64,000 nucleotides of DNA from Ostrea edulis (GCF_947568905.1 NC_079167.1:76074001-76138000); one strand, 5' to 3'; positions 15,375 through 29,870 are shown, numbered from the stretch's first letter. Made by a program: numbers and translations. Notes: generated by a model not told the origin, from the letters alone.

Positions 15375-16904
15375 AGGACACATCTCGTGTTTTCAAAGTA
15401 TACAGAATTATATGCATTTTGTCTTCCTTATGCTTATAGAAATTAATTGTAATAGTTCGTTCACTGAAGTATTGCGATAATTTGCCACAATACGGACTTA
15501 AATCTAAGCCCCGATTTCAAAAAGCCTAGTTAATTAGATAGGTAGTCACGTGGTACAGTGACGTCATATGCGACCTTCGTCGATCAATTGTTGTAATAGT
15601 AGTGTTAGATATTTTTAAAAACTCGGGTTTTAGGGGCCTAATTTATTTACCATGGATAACATTTATTTCGATGTTGACAAATTCCCCGAGTCTTATATCT
15701 TTTAGCCACCAATGCGAGAAAAGCGAGTATGAAATCTGCATAAATTTGCGAGTAAATAATGTTTACATGGGATCACTGTCTAAACACTATTTGGTAATGC
15801 CATTTCTGTAAACAACTGTAATTAGCGCTGTTGCTTTTCTAAAATAAACAGTGCAATTATTATAAAATTTATTTTTGGAGAAGTTAGATAGGCCTAAATT
15901 ATAATACGATTATGTAGCATTGACAACTAAGCCTACTGTCACGGGTGCATTTCGGGGGAAAAAATAGAATAAAAATGATCAAACTTATTGTGAAAATCAC
16001 AATACTTTTAAATTATTTTATTCAAGCAATTTTATTAATCATTATATTTTGTTATCTACACGTTGTTACTTAGGAAGTGGGAGCGCGGCGTGCTGTTGTT
16101 GTAAACACGTACGCGTTCCTTTAAAAAAAAAAATGAAAGCATTATAATTCAATTCAAAGTTGGGAAATATCATATTTTATTATTTATAATTGAAAGTTCT
16201 ATTATCTTTTATCTTTAAATTTCTTTTTTTAAAACTACCAGTTGGTAGGCACTGCAAGCAAAGTTCTGCCTATATGTTGTTACAAGGTGAAGGTCAGTTG
16301 GTGCGAGTGTGTATTGAATTTGAGAGCAGAACGGAATGCATATGCGGTAGGCCTATATGTAACAGTGCGAAGCTTCGATAGAACCATTTTCTCGCAGTTT
16401 ATATACGTCTTTGTCCAAGAGCTTGTTTGAAAAAGTACAGGGACAAATTCTACTGGGTTTTTTTTATGGCAAAGTCGTTGTGCCGACAAAAAATATTCAC
16501 GTCTTGTCCCTCATACCTTCCTTCGAAAATTGAAAAAAACACAGTCCAAATCATCTCTCCTGACAGCAAGTACACCCTTAAACGGCACAAAACACCCCAA
16601 TGCAGTGCTATTTACAAGCCGTTAATGTGATAATTGTTTGTTTGTCAATTAAATCTAATCTGTTTATGAAATGGCTAACAACTGTTTTCAAATCTTCTCG
16701 CTCGAGGTCGCATATGACGTCACAGGTAATGGCGCGTAAAATATCGAAGAAATTATGCATATCGCAAGATTTGAATTTCATCGCTATCAAACTCGAAAAC
16801 TACGCAAACTGTTTCTTTTAAAACACATGTAAAGTAGTTTTAGGCATGAAATGAATTAATTTTGCTGAAAAAATTAAAAAGTTTAAAAACATGCGATGTG
16901 TCCT
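15375..16904. mobile_element. Non-autonomous Kolobok-like DNA transposon, unit 2 only
   Basis: TTAA on both sides (15371-15374, 16905-16908). ~19-bp TIR AGGACACATCTCGTGTTTT / AAAACATGCGATGTGTCCT with purine termini. Confidence 0.75.
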
Positions 16905-17401
16905 TTAAGGAGTACTTTGGTTTTGAGAACTATCTTAATAAAATTAAACTTTTTGATATTAGGCGATCTATTTGTAAGTTACGGATATCAGCTCATAAAT
17001 TAATGATTGAAGTTGGTAGATATTCTGGCATTACTAGGAATGAACGAATATGTAGCAAATGCAACTCCGGTTTATTAGGTGATGAGATCCATTTTTTGAT
17101 TAAATGTGAACAGTTTGCTGATGAAAGAAAATCTTTTTGTGGTGCTATAGAAAAAACAGTTAAAAATTTACCAAACTCAATGATGAACAAAAATTAATTT
17201 ACATACTATGTTCTGAAGAGCCATCCATTCTAAATATAACTGGAAAATTTATTTTGAACAATATATGACACTGTATTTGTATATAACTATGTGTTATGTA
17301 ATCACTTCTTTCTTTACTTGTATATGTATATGTGCATTATTTGTATGTATTTTCATGCTGCCCCTTGAGGGCCCTTGATTGGAAATAAATATAGTTAGTT
17401 A
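16905..17401 (+). mobile_element. 5'-truncated LINE (L2/Crack-like) ORF2 C-terminus and 3' tail, unit 2 only
   Basis: FKEYFGFENYL...KLRISAHKLMIEVGRY...ERICSKC...GDEIHFLIKC; GAGGGCCC...AATAAA tail. Confidence 0.85.
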
Positions 17402-18660
17402 TGTTAAATTAAATTGATTATAGATATATGTTATTGCTTCTTGTCGTCACAAATGTCCTACAAACATGTTTTTCCTTTCTTTTTTTATACAAACTCTTTT
17501 ATTGCTAGGAATGCTGAAATAGCAAACTCAAGACTTTCTATTTGGCAGATTCCTCTGTGGAAGGCAAAGTAAATGTAATAATATGCTTTCATCTTAACAT
17601 GGGTATCTAGTTTACCATTTGGTGACAGTTGACTTTCGTATTAACATATATGCATTTACTAATTCTGTACATTGTAACTGGAAAGTACTTGCAAACCGTG
17701 AGATACCGATGCGTGGCACACCTACACAAATAACCAATACACAATATGCAGTCGCATGAAAGATGTACGGACAGTGGATTCATAAAGAAACTATCATTAT
17801 CAATTCACCTATTAAGGACTGTTGGGGGGGGATGTGCATTTTTAAAATAGAATCTTACACATGCAATTCAACATTTCATATAATATTGTGTGTATCTGTT
17901 TATTCTACATGTTTCTGTTTTCTATCCTTTAAATAGCACCGACTCTTGCTGCCTCTTGTTGATGTATCAGGCGTATTATATATTGCACTAGGGAAAACAC
18001 ACATGTATCAACTGAGTACTGATCAATGCCTACATATGAAACTTAAAATGCCACCAATGAGTGTATTACTCTTTACTGTGTATTGTCTTTACTTGTATCA
18101 ACAATTATATACTTTACATGTTTATGCTCATTTGGGCCCTGAGTTGGTAATAAATACTATTCTATACAATTAGCTGTCATTTGGGTGTTGAAGTTTTTGG
18201 CTGCAAAACTGTGATGTACTATTTCAATGACAGAAAATAATAAGACTTCGAAACTTTTTTGTTAATATCAACATTTCTATATAATGCTATATATTCAACA
18301 GAACCAAAATGTTTATTTTGACAACATCTTCATCTTAGTTTCAATTTTATGAATGACTGGTTAAAGTTAGAAACAAAGCTAACATAATAATAACTGATGA
18401 AATGTATGCAGTTGAAAATGAACACAATGAGATATACATTTGTTTGTTTTATGGTGTTTTCTGAATGGGTTGTCTTGAATTGTATTTCTATATAGTACAG
18501 TGTGTAGTTTCAACACACATAGTACACTTGTGTATGTATATTTTGTAGATGTCAAGCAATAAACGTTTCTCAATGCGTTGTTATAAAAGGCATCTTTTCG
18601 AAAAATTTGTGTGGCCCTGAAAAGAACCGTTTGAGTTTGAGGTTCAAGTCCTTGCTGAGT

Positions 18661-18993
18661 TTACTTGCTGCAGGTGTACTTGGTGACAGCCTTCGTACCC
18701 TCAGAGACGGCGTGCTTGATTTCTCTGCTGGAGATGGTTGAACGTTTGTTGTAGTGGGCCAGGCGGGAAGCTTCAGCGGCGATTCTCTCGAAAATGTCAT
18801 TGACAAACGAGTTCATAATGCTCATAGCTTTGCTGCAAACGCCAGTGTCTGGGTGGACCTGCTTCAGGACTTTGTAAATGTAGATGGCATAGGATTCCCT
18901 CCTCTTCCTGCGCTTCTTCTTGTCCCCAGTTCTCTGGGGCTTCGACTTAGTGGCGGCTTTCTTAGCTCCTTTCAATCCGGTTTTAAGTGGCTT
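18661..18993 (-). pseudogene. H2B: Histone H2B pseudogene (start loss and 39-bp deletion)
   Basis: ATG changed to AAG at 18993-18991. [13 protein letters not shown] deleted (REI|KHAV). Several missense changes. Stem-loop 18628-18613 retained. Confidence 0.93.
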
Positions 18994-19234
18994 GTTTACT
19001 AGTAAACTATGTGTGGAACAAATGGCCGCGCTGCTATTTATATTACACGGTCGGATAACGGCGGAGAAGCGTATTACGGACCTCCTTGTAAACATTAATT
19101 CGTTCGGTGTGCGCCAAGGTACGACAAACACGATGGCCACGATTGGCTGGCAGTTGAATCCGACTGCGTGTTTAAAATTGCGTGCGAGGGTAATTCGTTG
19201 CTTTGATTTCGTCAGCGCACAGTATTGAATCAAG

Positions 19235-19642
19235 ATGTCAGGACGTGGTAAAGGAGGCAAAGTGAAGGGAAAGGCAAAGAGCCGATCCTCCCGTGCGGGA
19301 CTTCAGTTTCCCGTGGGTCGTATCCACCGTCTGCTGAGGAAGGGGAACTACGCCGAGAGAGTGGGAGCCGGCGCCCCCGTGTACCTGGCCGCCGTTTTGG
19401 AGTACTTGGCCGCCGAAGTTTTGGAATTGGCAGGCAACGCCGCACGTGACAACAAGAAGTCCAGAATCATTCCCCGTCACCTGCAGCTGGCCATCCGCAA
19501 CGACGAGGAGTTGAACAAACTTCTGTCCGGCGTGACCATCGCCCAGGGTGGTGTCCTGCCCAACATCCAGGCCGTGCTCCTCCCCAAGAAGACCCAGAAA
19601 CCCGCCAGCAAAAAGTACAAAGTCTGCTTGCAGGACCTATAA
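19235..19642 (+). CDS. H2A: Histone H2A with stop-loss C-terminal extension (135 aa)
   Basis: Intact H2A core. A 4-bp deletion (GTAA) removes the stop, giving ...[13 protein letters not shown]. Stem-loop 19648-19663 and element 19677-19687 intact. Confidence 0.85.
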   Translation: MSGRGKGGKVKGKAKSRSSRAGLQFPVGRIHRLLRKGNYAERVGAGAPVYLAAVLEYLAAEVLELAGNAARDNKKSRIIPRHLQLAIRNDEELNKLLSGVTIAQGGVLPNIQAVLLPKKTQKPASKKYKVCLQDL

Positions 19643-22300
19643 CAAACGGCCGTTTTCACGGCCACCAACCTTTTTTGAAAAGACGCCTATAATCATTGAA
19701 ATGTCAAGAATCCGTCTAATCTTACAATCAATGTTCACGGAGAAATGGGGATGACAATATTTGCAGTAATTCGTACATTTCAAAGCGCAAAATAAATGAA
19801 AACCAGAATGAATGCACGGCATGGGTTGCTATGTATTTGTTGGGGTTGTAATTAATAAGTAAGATTTACAAGAGAGAAGACATAAAAAGCGCTATATAAA
19901 TTGTCCTCACTCCTTTGGACTTCATTGAGAAATCATGAAAATACCAAAATGAAATGAGTTTTTATTTGCATTCTTTTTGTTTTTCTCAACGAGCTCTAGT
20001 TTGTCAATGAAAGAATAAAACAAGGGTGCCAAAAGTTTTGAAATACAGGGCGAGTGATCGTATATCTTCACGTGGTCATTCTTGCTTTTAATTTACATAG
20101 ACGAAAAGCCACAAAGGAAATGATTTTGTACCAGTATGAATGTGAGAAATAGAGGTAGACATGGAGCTGTCTGGCATTAGATAGGGTGATCATGATGTGA
20201 TGGGGCAATAAAAAATTTGAAAGAGAACAAAATATTAATTGGAGACGACATGACAACTAAGAAGCACGGAGATGTAGACGATCCTGGTACATGGATTGTA
20301 AATATATCCGCAAACAAAATATCACTATCTTGGCCAAATTGTTTTATCTCCGAAATACACTCTATTTATGGATTCACCAATCCTGTTACACAATATGAGA
20401 TATATAATGACAATAAACTAAATACTAACAGTTCATTTACATATATGTAAATACAAGTATATATTTGACATGTATCTGTGATATTAGACTGTATGTATGC
20501 AATTTAGTATTGCATATTAACATAAATTAAATGTAGTTAGAGCACTTTACTCTGGGTGCGCAATTCAAAACATTCATGTAAAAATTCACACAACCTTCTG
20601 ACATGAACGACATTGACAGGGTTGCATAGTACTTTACAATGGTTTTCCTTTGATATATCATCATCTGAATTGTAGACGTTCAAAGGGTAATATTTCTTTC
20701 TTATATCTTTACACATGAAGCAGTCATATAAAACAAAATATGTAGTTTGTCGCAAAATGATGACTTTACTTATAAGCATGAGGAATTCATTTTTTCTGTC
20801 TCCGAACTCACTACTGAATATAATATCTGAACGTACTACTGTCCATTTTTACATCCAGATAACTTGGTTCATATAGATACTAAACATTTGTTAAAAATTT
20901 TCTGAATACATTCGATCCATGGATTTTCAAAACCTTTTTCTCCGCAAATGGTATGCTCAAATATATATATATATATATCGTGTTTATTTTAAACCTTGAC
21001 GTACGCAGGAAAACGCCCTCCATATAAACTGAGAACTTTTTAATATTTTCGGTGATTACTTTCACATGAACACGTTCGACTGTGTCTAGAAATTTCACAC
21101 TGGGTGTGATGATAACTTTGTCCAACAAGTCAAACGGGTACATGGAATGGTATAATTCGACTTCTTTCTTTCGTTAAAATCAAAAATTTAAATAACACAG
21201 TTAGAACACTCATTCGTAGACGAAAACGATTACATACTATTGCAAAAAGAACTAATGATCTTGGTAAATGGTCGAACTTTAAGAACATTAGAAATCATTG
21301 TACATGTATTTGCACCGTGCAAACGCAACGGACAGATACTACACACACGACTGTAATTAGTACTCTTAAATCTCACCTATTCGCGAAACACATACATGTA
21401 ATAGATAATCCATAGTGTGCCTGTGGAAAAATCGAAACAACACACTTTTTACTTGAATGTCCTTTCTTCAAAGATATGATGTAAGATAATAAATTTATTG
21501 ATCCATTAAGACCAATAACTGTAAATATCCTTGTACATGGAGACTTTACTAAAAATTTCTCCTAAAGTAAAAATAGTTTCATTATATACATGTGCATCGT
21601 TTTATCACCGCATCCAAAAGATCTGTAGCTTAATCTCATCGAGTTCCGATTTTATGTGTAGAGTGGTGGAATTTCTTGTTTGGAAGTTATTGTATATTCA
21701 TTTCTGATGAACTTAGGTTATAACATCTCTTCAAATGATGATATATTTACTGTACTTGTTAGATTTTTTTCTTTCATTTTTCTTTACTTCCTCGTCGTCA
21801 TTTTTGTCATGTGCAACGGACAAATTCACACTTATCATTCAAAGTTTTAAATTCAAGGAAACGGATTAATATAAGTTGCTATACAACTTGATCCCGAATC
21901 CTGTGTGCATATGACGTATTGTGTATATACATATATTGATTTATTCAAATGAAATAAAGTTTAAACTAATTTTTTTATCCCCCCCATACGGACGTTTTAT
22001 CGCCTGCTTATAGGATAAACTTGATCGTGATCAACTTTTTAAGATTGTTTTAATTTGAAACCTCTTTGTTTTATCGAAATCTTTTAAACAAACAGAGATA
22101 TTACTATTTAACAGAAAAGTGTAGGTACATCGTAAACATGTCCTGAAATCTTTCCCGAGTTTGGATCATGTGTCACCTTCTGAAACTTCATTTGATAATA
22201 TAGCACCTAAATTTATCATTTCTTTTACATTTTTAATGTTATGTGTGTATTGTGTGCAGCTCAATAAAGTGAATTGATTCCTACTCACAAAGTAGCGTAA

Positions 22301-22363
<63 letters not shown>

Positions 22364-23193
22364 ATTATATATATTATATTTATAGTGGAAAGTATCTAAT
22401 CACTCTTACAATAACCTCGTAGTATAGCACTTACAACTTACATAATAATTGGAAGAAAACAAAACAAACAACAAACAACCAGTTTATACATATACAAGTA
22501 AAGAAAGAAGTGATTACATAACACATAGTTATATACAAATACAGTGTCATATATCTTATGTTGTGTTGTATATATTTCTGTTGTAAAGTAAATAGATCAG
22601 GATTTCTTTAAGGCATGTGCTTGTGTGTGTGTGCTTAATATTGTGTAAGCCCATTCCAAATCGTTCTACGCAGTCGTTAATTCTACCGCTCGCTTTTGAT
22701 ACCCGATGTGTACGACCCTCGGATGTTTTTCAAAAATTCCGACCGACATGGTGTTTTCTACAGCAAAAGGAAAACGAGTGTGCTTTCTTTCGGGCTTTGA
22801 AAGGAAATCAAGCAACAATGATATTTGTTATCGGCCACTGGAAAACAATTACCAAAGTTTAATGAATGAACGGACTTGCAAATCGCCGGTTGAGGTGTCT
22901 ATATTTCTGGATTTTGACTGCTGTAGTTTGGCAAAGCCCAATATGTAAGTAAATAGAATGACAGGGGGAAATGTAGACCAGGGGGTTCCGATAACATATC
23001 CGGCGGATATTCCATTGTTGAAGCGCAACTCGAATGCAAAGACTAATATCAAAACACATCTAACAACACAATACACATACCGATCGACTCAAACAGATTG
23101 GATGTTTTCAAGGAGGTCCGTGCTCGATGTAAACAAAATCAGTGAGTGCGTTCCGATCGACTAGTATTTACCGTTCTCGCATCGTTCGAAAAC

Positions 23194-23760
23194 ATGGCAG
23201 ATACCGCAGCTCCCGCGAAAAAGAAGGTTTCCAAGCCCAAGGTGCCCGCAGCGCACCCAAAATACATCGACATGATCAAGGCTGCCCTCGGGTCACTGAA
23301 AGAGCGTGGTGGATCTTCTAGACAAGCCATTCTTAAGCACCTGATGGCCAATTATAAAGTGGGCAATGACGTCAACTCCATCAATGCCCACCTCAAAATG
23401 GCCCTTAAGAATGGAGTCAAAAAGGATGCTTTGAAGCAAGCCAAGGGTAAAGGTGCCAGCGGCTCCTTCAAGCTTGGGGATAAGCCCAAGGCTGAGCAGA
23501 AGCCTAAAGCCAAGAAAGTAGCCAAACCAAAGGCTGCCAAACCTAGGAAGGCTGCTGCTGCCAAGCCCAAGAAGGCGGCCGTAGAGAAAAAAGTGAAGAA
23601 GACGCCAAAGAAACCAGCCGCACCCAAGAAGGCCAAGACTCCCAAGAAGAAGGCGGCAGCCAAGTCCCCCAAGAAGTCCACTGCCAAGGCCCCCAAGAAG
23701 GCCAAGAAGCCCGCCGCCAAAAAATCCAAGACCCCCAAGAAGGCCGTCGCCAAGAAATAA
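23194..23760 (+). CDS. H1: Linker histone H1, 188 aa, stem-loop deleted
   Basis: Open ORF from ATG 23194 (KKD where unit 1 has KKG). The 3' flank jumps from the equivalent of 8241 to 9588. Confidence 0.88.
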   Translation: MADTAAPAKKKVSKPKVPAAHPKYIDMIKAALGSLKERGGSSRQAILKHLMANYKVGNDVNSINAHLKMALKNGVKKDALKQAKGKGASGSFKLGDKPKAEQKPKAKKVAKPKAAKPRKAAAAKPKKAAVEKKVKKTPKKPAAPKKAKTPKKKAAAKSPKKSTAKAPKKAKKPAAKKSKTPKKAVAKK

Positions 23761-24491
23761 GCAGTCTTTGCATTAGTATTAATATTGAATTATGTATATT
23801 GATGTGCTATTGAAATATCCCAGATTCCCAAAGTTCTTAGTACATGTACATATTAATACTTATGGTAGAAGACTGCCAGTCTGATCGACTGGGCACAAGC
23901 ACTGTCCCTTGGTACCCTCTGCATTCAGGACAGCATTTTATACTGTTTCACTTTTACTTCCCACATTTTTCATTCTATGTTATGAGCCAATTTCAGATCA
24001 ATATGTTAATATAGAAATCCTTTACATATGTACATGTATGTGTATACAATCATGTATGTGTATATATGTGTTTATGTATACATGTATATGTACGGTGTGT
24101 GTATCTATAAGTATATGGTATCATGTGTTTATAATGAATATAATAAAATTGTGTATGCTCACTGAGGGTCCAAATACTGGTGAATAAATAAATAAATGTA
24201 TCTCCTTTTAAATGTTTTTAACATTTACTTGTCTTTCCAGACTTTTGTATCCACAAATAATGTTTACAATTGTACCCCGAAATCCCTTGTAACACCCCAT
24301 CCCCTTCTCTGTTTTTCTTTTTTTACAAGTTTATGAATTCTGTGCAAAATGTGGATTGAAATGTCCGAAGTCAACATCAATCAACGCTGCATACCAGCGG
24401 CTAATCGCAGAGTGTCTTTCTGAACCGTTTAACCAATGACAAGTGTCGTAAGATATGAGAGCGCCGATTTCGATTTGCTTATAAACCCTAG

Positions 24492-24914
<423 letters not shown>

Positions 24915-25601
24915 TTTCACCCGTGTGACACAAACAAACGGCTGTTTTCACGGCCACCTAATTCTTTCGAAAAGATGCCTTCATATTGCTCTTGATCAAG
25001 AAACTTGTGAATAAAGTATGACATGCATAACCCTACATCATCAAACTACTTTACCCAAATCTGGTAAATTTCTGTAAAATATGAAAACGTTTTAACGCAA
25101 GTTCAGTAATGAAACTTTAAATGATGTGAACACGTACAGCTATATAAGTGTCAAAACAATAGTCTACATTGCAAAGCATCAATTGTATAGATGACAATTT
25201 AACATGCACATTGAAACAGCCTACCTTAATTCTAGAAGGGTCAGATACTACGGTATTTCATTCAACCAACTCTGGGCTTTTGAGGGCATGTAAAGCATGC
25301 ATTAATAAGAGAAAGGGTTTCAAATAATAGCTAGCATCAATATCGCACGGAGAAATTCTATAACAACAACAAAATATATAAATAAAAACCCAGATGTAGA
25401 AATATGTAGACGTTATGGGGGGTCATGATTATTCTGAGAGGTCAATGAAATCTACACTACGTATTACATTCTTGCGTATATAACCACAGAACATCGTATA
25501 TTTCATTATGTTAATTCAAATCTTGTCTGAAATCAGTATTACACGTGTAACACCGTGTTAAATGTGTGCTGTGCAGAAATGTGAACTCTGACAGTAATAA
25601 T

Positions 25602-28094
25602 AGAATAGAATATGATTTATTTCCAAATTAGGGCCCTCTCGGGCATACAGCATACATGATTGTTAACATTTCAATGTACAATGACGATAAAAAGAAAAAC
25701 AAAACAAAACAAGAGTAAAATCTGCACTATTAGTATGAGCAATGTTCATACATGAGACATTTGAACATGATAATACTTATTTGCATTATATGTAAGTACC
25801 ACCGTGTATCCTAATGCAAAACAGTCAGAAATACACATAGGGAAAAAAAAAAATATATATAGATGTCTATATATATACATGTACATAACAACACTACATG
25901 TAATAATAGTAAAGGTAGTATAAGTACATATGATTAACTCCACTGTAATGCAAAAGATACCACGGGACGGTGCATTGGTACTAGGTCAACATGTCATGTT
26001 TATAATGAGTGCATATGTGCAATATGGTTTCATATGGTTCACATATAATATACAGTAATACTAGTAGTATGAGCTTAGACAATGTACATAACACGAGACA
26101 TTACTTGATGTAATATATGTAAGTACCACCGTGTATCCTAATGCAAAAGAGTCAGAAATGCACACAGGAAGAAAATAATAACAATATATGCAATGACACA
26201 TAATAATAGTAATAGGCACGTAGTACAAGTGCATATGATTGAATGTAATACAAAAGATACCACGGGACGGTGCATTGGTACTAGGTCAACATGTCATGTT
26301 TATAATGAGTGCATATGTGCAATATGGTTTCATATGGTTCACATATAATATACAGTAATACTAGTAGTATGAGCTTAGACAATGTACATAACACGAGACA
26401 TTACTTGATGTAATATATGTAAGTACCACCGTGTATCCTAATGCAAAAGAGTCAGAAATGCACACAGGAAGAAAATAATAACAATATATGCAATGACACA
26501 TAATAATAGTAATAGGCACGTAGTACAAGTGCATATGATTGAATGTAATACAAAAGATACCACGGGACGGTGCATTGGTACTAAGTCAACATGTCATGTT
26601 TACAAGGAGTGCATAATTATGTATAAACATATTGGTTTGAACTTTCACATGTTTCATTTTATATTGCTTCTTTAATCCAATCGCAAAGGGCTACAAGTAC
26701 ATCAGTATTTTCACAATTGAGTAACCATATTAATCTATTCATGTTGTCAAGACTGGAAAAATGTTCACATTGTTGTTTTATAATTTCATACATGTTCTGC
26801 CTGAGTGAGTTATAAGTTCAACATTCAAAAATTAGATGAATTTCATCACAAATTTTACAAGAAGAACACTTTGTGCAAAATCTTAAATGTCTAGGGATTC
26901 CTGAATAACGACCTCGTTCTACTGGTAAATACGTAATCTTGCAAGTGCTTTACGTTGTGCAGGTGGTAAGAGTGTTAAGTAGTTTTCAAAAACAAAATTA
27001 GTTTTAAATTTAACATAAGTTTCAAGTTTTCCATATTGTACACTTCTGATATGTCCCCATTCTTTCAAATAATGATTGCATAACAATTCCTTGCATTTTT
27101 TCTTAAAAATTGATAGGTTATTTATTGCAATATGATTGTTTCTAATTCCAACGATTCCAAATAACTTTTTCACCACACCATACCATGATTGCGATTTTAA
27201 TGTACAAGCATTATGCTTACTTTGCATATATGCAGCATTTAGTAGAGGAAAAGAAGTACCCAGATTTTCTAATCTGTTTACATAATTTATTATATTTTTC
27301 ACTACATCAAAATGTAGTGGAAACCTGCCAAGTTCGGATAGTGTTGCAAAGTTTGAGCTTTTTCTATGAAGACCTAAAATAAATTTACAGAATTTTACAT
27401 GGAGGTTTTCACATTTTAATTTAGAGTAAATATCATGTAAGGAGATATCATTGCGATTGAAAAAAGAAGGGCGATTAAAAATTCCCCAAATCTCACTGCC
27501 GTAGAGTAAAATTGGTTTGATTGTGTGATCAAAGACATGAAGGGATGTTTTAATGCTAGGTTGTAATGATAAAAAATCTTTATGTAGTTTGAAATATGCT
27601 TTCATTGCCTTTTTGTACAGATCCTTTTGAGCATTAGAAAAGTTTCCAGCTGTATTGAAATATATTCCCAAATATCTGTAAGAGGGGACACACTGTATTT
27701 CCCTTTTCTCCAAAATAAAATTTTGCTTGAGAAATCTTCCTGCCTTGTTAAAGATTAAAACTTTAGTTTTATCAATATTGACTTTCAGCACCAACCAGAA
27801 CAGAATTTTTGCAATTTATCAAGGTTACATTGTAAACCAACTGCTGAATGTGACAGTAATATTACATCATCTGCATACATTAAACAGTGTATTATTTTAT
27901 TGTTTAGAACTATTGGGTCACTTGCATCTTTGAAGTACTCTGGTAAGTCATTGATAAATATATTAAACAAGTTGGGACTGAGGTTGTCTCCCTGTTTTAC
28001 ACCGAGTTTAATTTGGAAAAAGTCTGTATGATGACTTTTTATCTTAATGCATGATTTACTATTGTTGTACATACTTTTAATAAGCATATAAAAT
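25602..28094 (-). mobile_element. 5'-truncated LINE with RT (L2/Crack-like), unit 2 only
   Basis: GVKQGDNLSP, MYADD, YRYLG, KPILLYGSEIWG, ELGRFP and ERGRY..FCTKC..DEIH motifs. Frameshifts at ~27790 and ~26925. Inserted at GTAATAAT|ATAT (13380 in unit 1). Confidence 0.92.
25951..26601. repeat. 300-bp tandem duplication in the LINE 3' UTR
   Basis: CAAAAGATACCACGGGACGG at 25951, 26251 and 26551. The two full units read identical. Confidence 0.92.
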
Positions 28095-28803
28095 ATATCT
28101 CCATGATTGTTATTTATTTATATTGCTGTAATTAATTACTAGTTAATCTGTACACCCCACCCCCTTGAGGGCCCTTAATTGATGAATTAACATGTCATAA
28201 CATTTTATATCAGGAGACCATACATACAGTCTAACAAAGAGTTTGAATTTATCATTGTTTTACTTTTCTTTTTCAACTTGCACAGATATAATATTTCTTA
28301 TTTTAAACATGTTGAGTAGAAATTTGCTCAGCTTGATTGATAATGGATTATCTTTATTATTTACTTTTTTTCTCTCTTTTTTTGTTTTTTGGATATAGTA
28401 TAGTACACTTTCACAGTTGTGAGCCATGTTTTCATATTAATTACCCTAATAAAAACAAATCCTATTGTTGTGTGTTATAATTAAAAGGAAAACAAAACGA
28501 TGATTTCAAAAAACAGAAAAGAAACTAAGCTAGGAAATCTCAAATGTGTGCGCAGATAAAATATTATATTTCTATCCAAATAAATACTTGTATACTAGTA
28601 TACGATGCAAGAGAAATGTAAACAAACACAGGTAAGCGCGTTTAGCGAGAACCAATCACGATGTAGTTAACAGCGCTTCTGCGGACACGACAATCGACTA
28701 GCCGAAGTTTCAAGGTATGATGCGCTCTAACGGGTCGTCAATTAGGGCTATATAAATCAGCAATATTCTCAGTTTGTCAGGTCATTCAGCACTTGTCTAT
28801 TGA

Positions 28804-29124
<321 letters not shown>

Positions 29125-29225
29125 ATACTCTATCACCGTTTGTGCATCCCAGCGCAAAAACAAAACGGCCGTTATAACGGCCACCAAATTCTTTGAAAAG
29201 ACGCCTTTATGAAACGTTATCAAGA

Positions 29226-29450
29226 TATTTGAATATTGATAATGAGTCCATAATTGGGATTACCATATAACAATAATTCAAGTTCAGGTTGATTATCATC
29301 ACTACTAGTGATATTTTGTATAACATGAAAAAGTGTATTTCTAGAAATTGCATATTTAGAACAGATAAAAAAGTCATGATATGCATCTTCAATACAATAT
29401 CCACACATACACTGTAAGATAAACATTAATTATATAGATCTAAATTAAGA
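29226..29450 (-). mobile_element. LINE ORF2 C-terminal fragment abutting the array end
   Basis: CGYCIEDAYHDFFICSKY..RNTLF...LELLLYGNP motif. Confidence 0.65.
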
Positions 29451-29561
29451 TTGTTAGCATTGCTTCTTATTTGACAATGTAATATATTATGCCGACGTTC
29501 TCCAAAATGAAAAAATTCATTACCTTTTTACAAAAATAAGAATTTAGGAGATTCTTGAAAG

Positions 29562-29620
29562 ATTTATTGATTGGGGTTTTACGCCGTTTTGGCAATATTT
29601 CAGCCATTTTACGGCGGGAA
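29562..29620 (-). mobile_element. SINE-like 3' tail fragment
   Basis: Minus strand CGCCGTAAAATGGCTGAAATATTGCCAAAACGGCGTAAAACCCCAATCAATAA resembles recalled bivalve SINE tails. Confidence 0.4.
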
Positions 29621-29870
29621 GAAATTCCAGAAGCATTTTTAATATAGTCTGGCAAGTTGTTAATATTGTTTGACACTGGAAGGAAATAAGCTTTCCATAT
29701 ATAATGGTGTTCTAATATGAGGAATTCTAAATTGTAAACCAGTTCGAAGATTGTAAATATGAGTTGGTGAACGGAAAGGTTCTATAAAATCATACAAATA
29801 TTGAGGTGAATAACCATTGATAATTTAAAAAAAAAAAACAATAGCAGTTTGTGAATTTTTCTAGAAGTAA

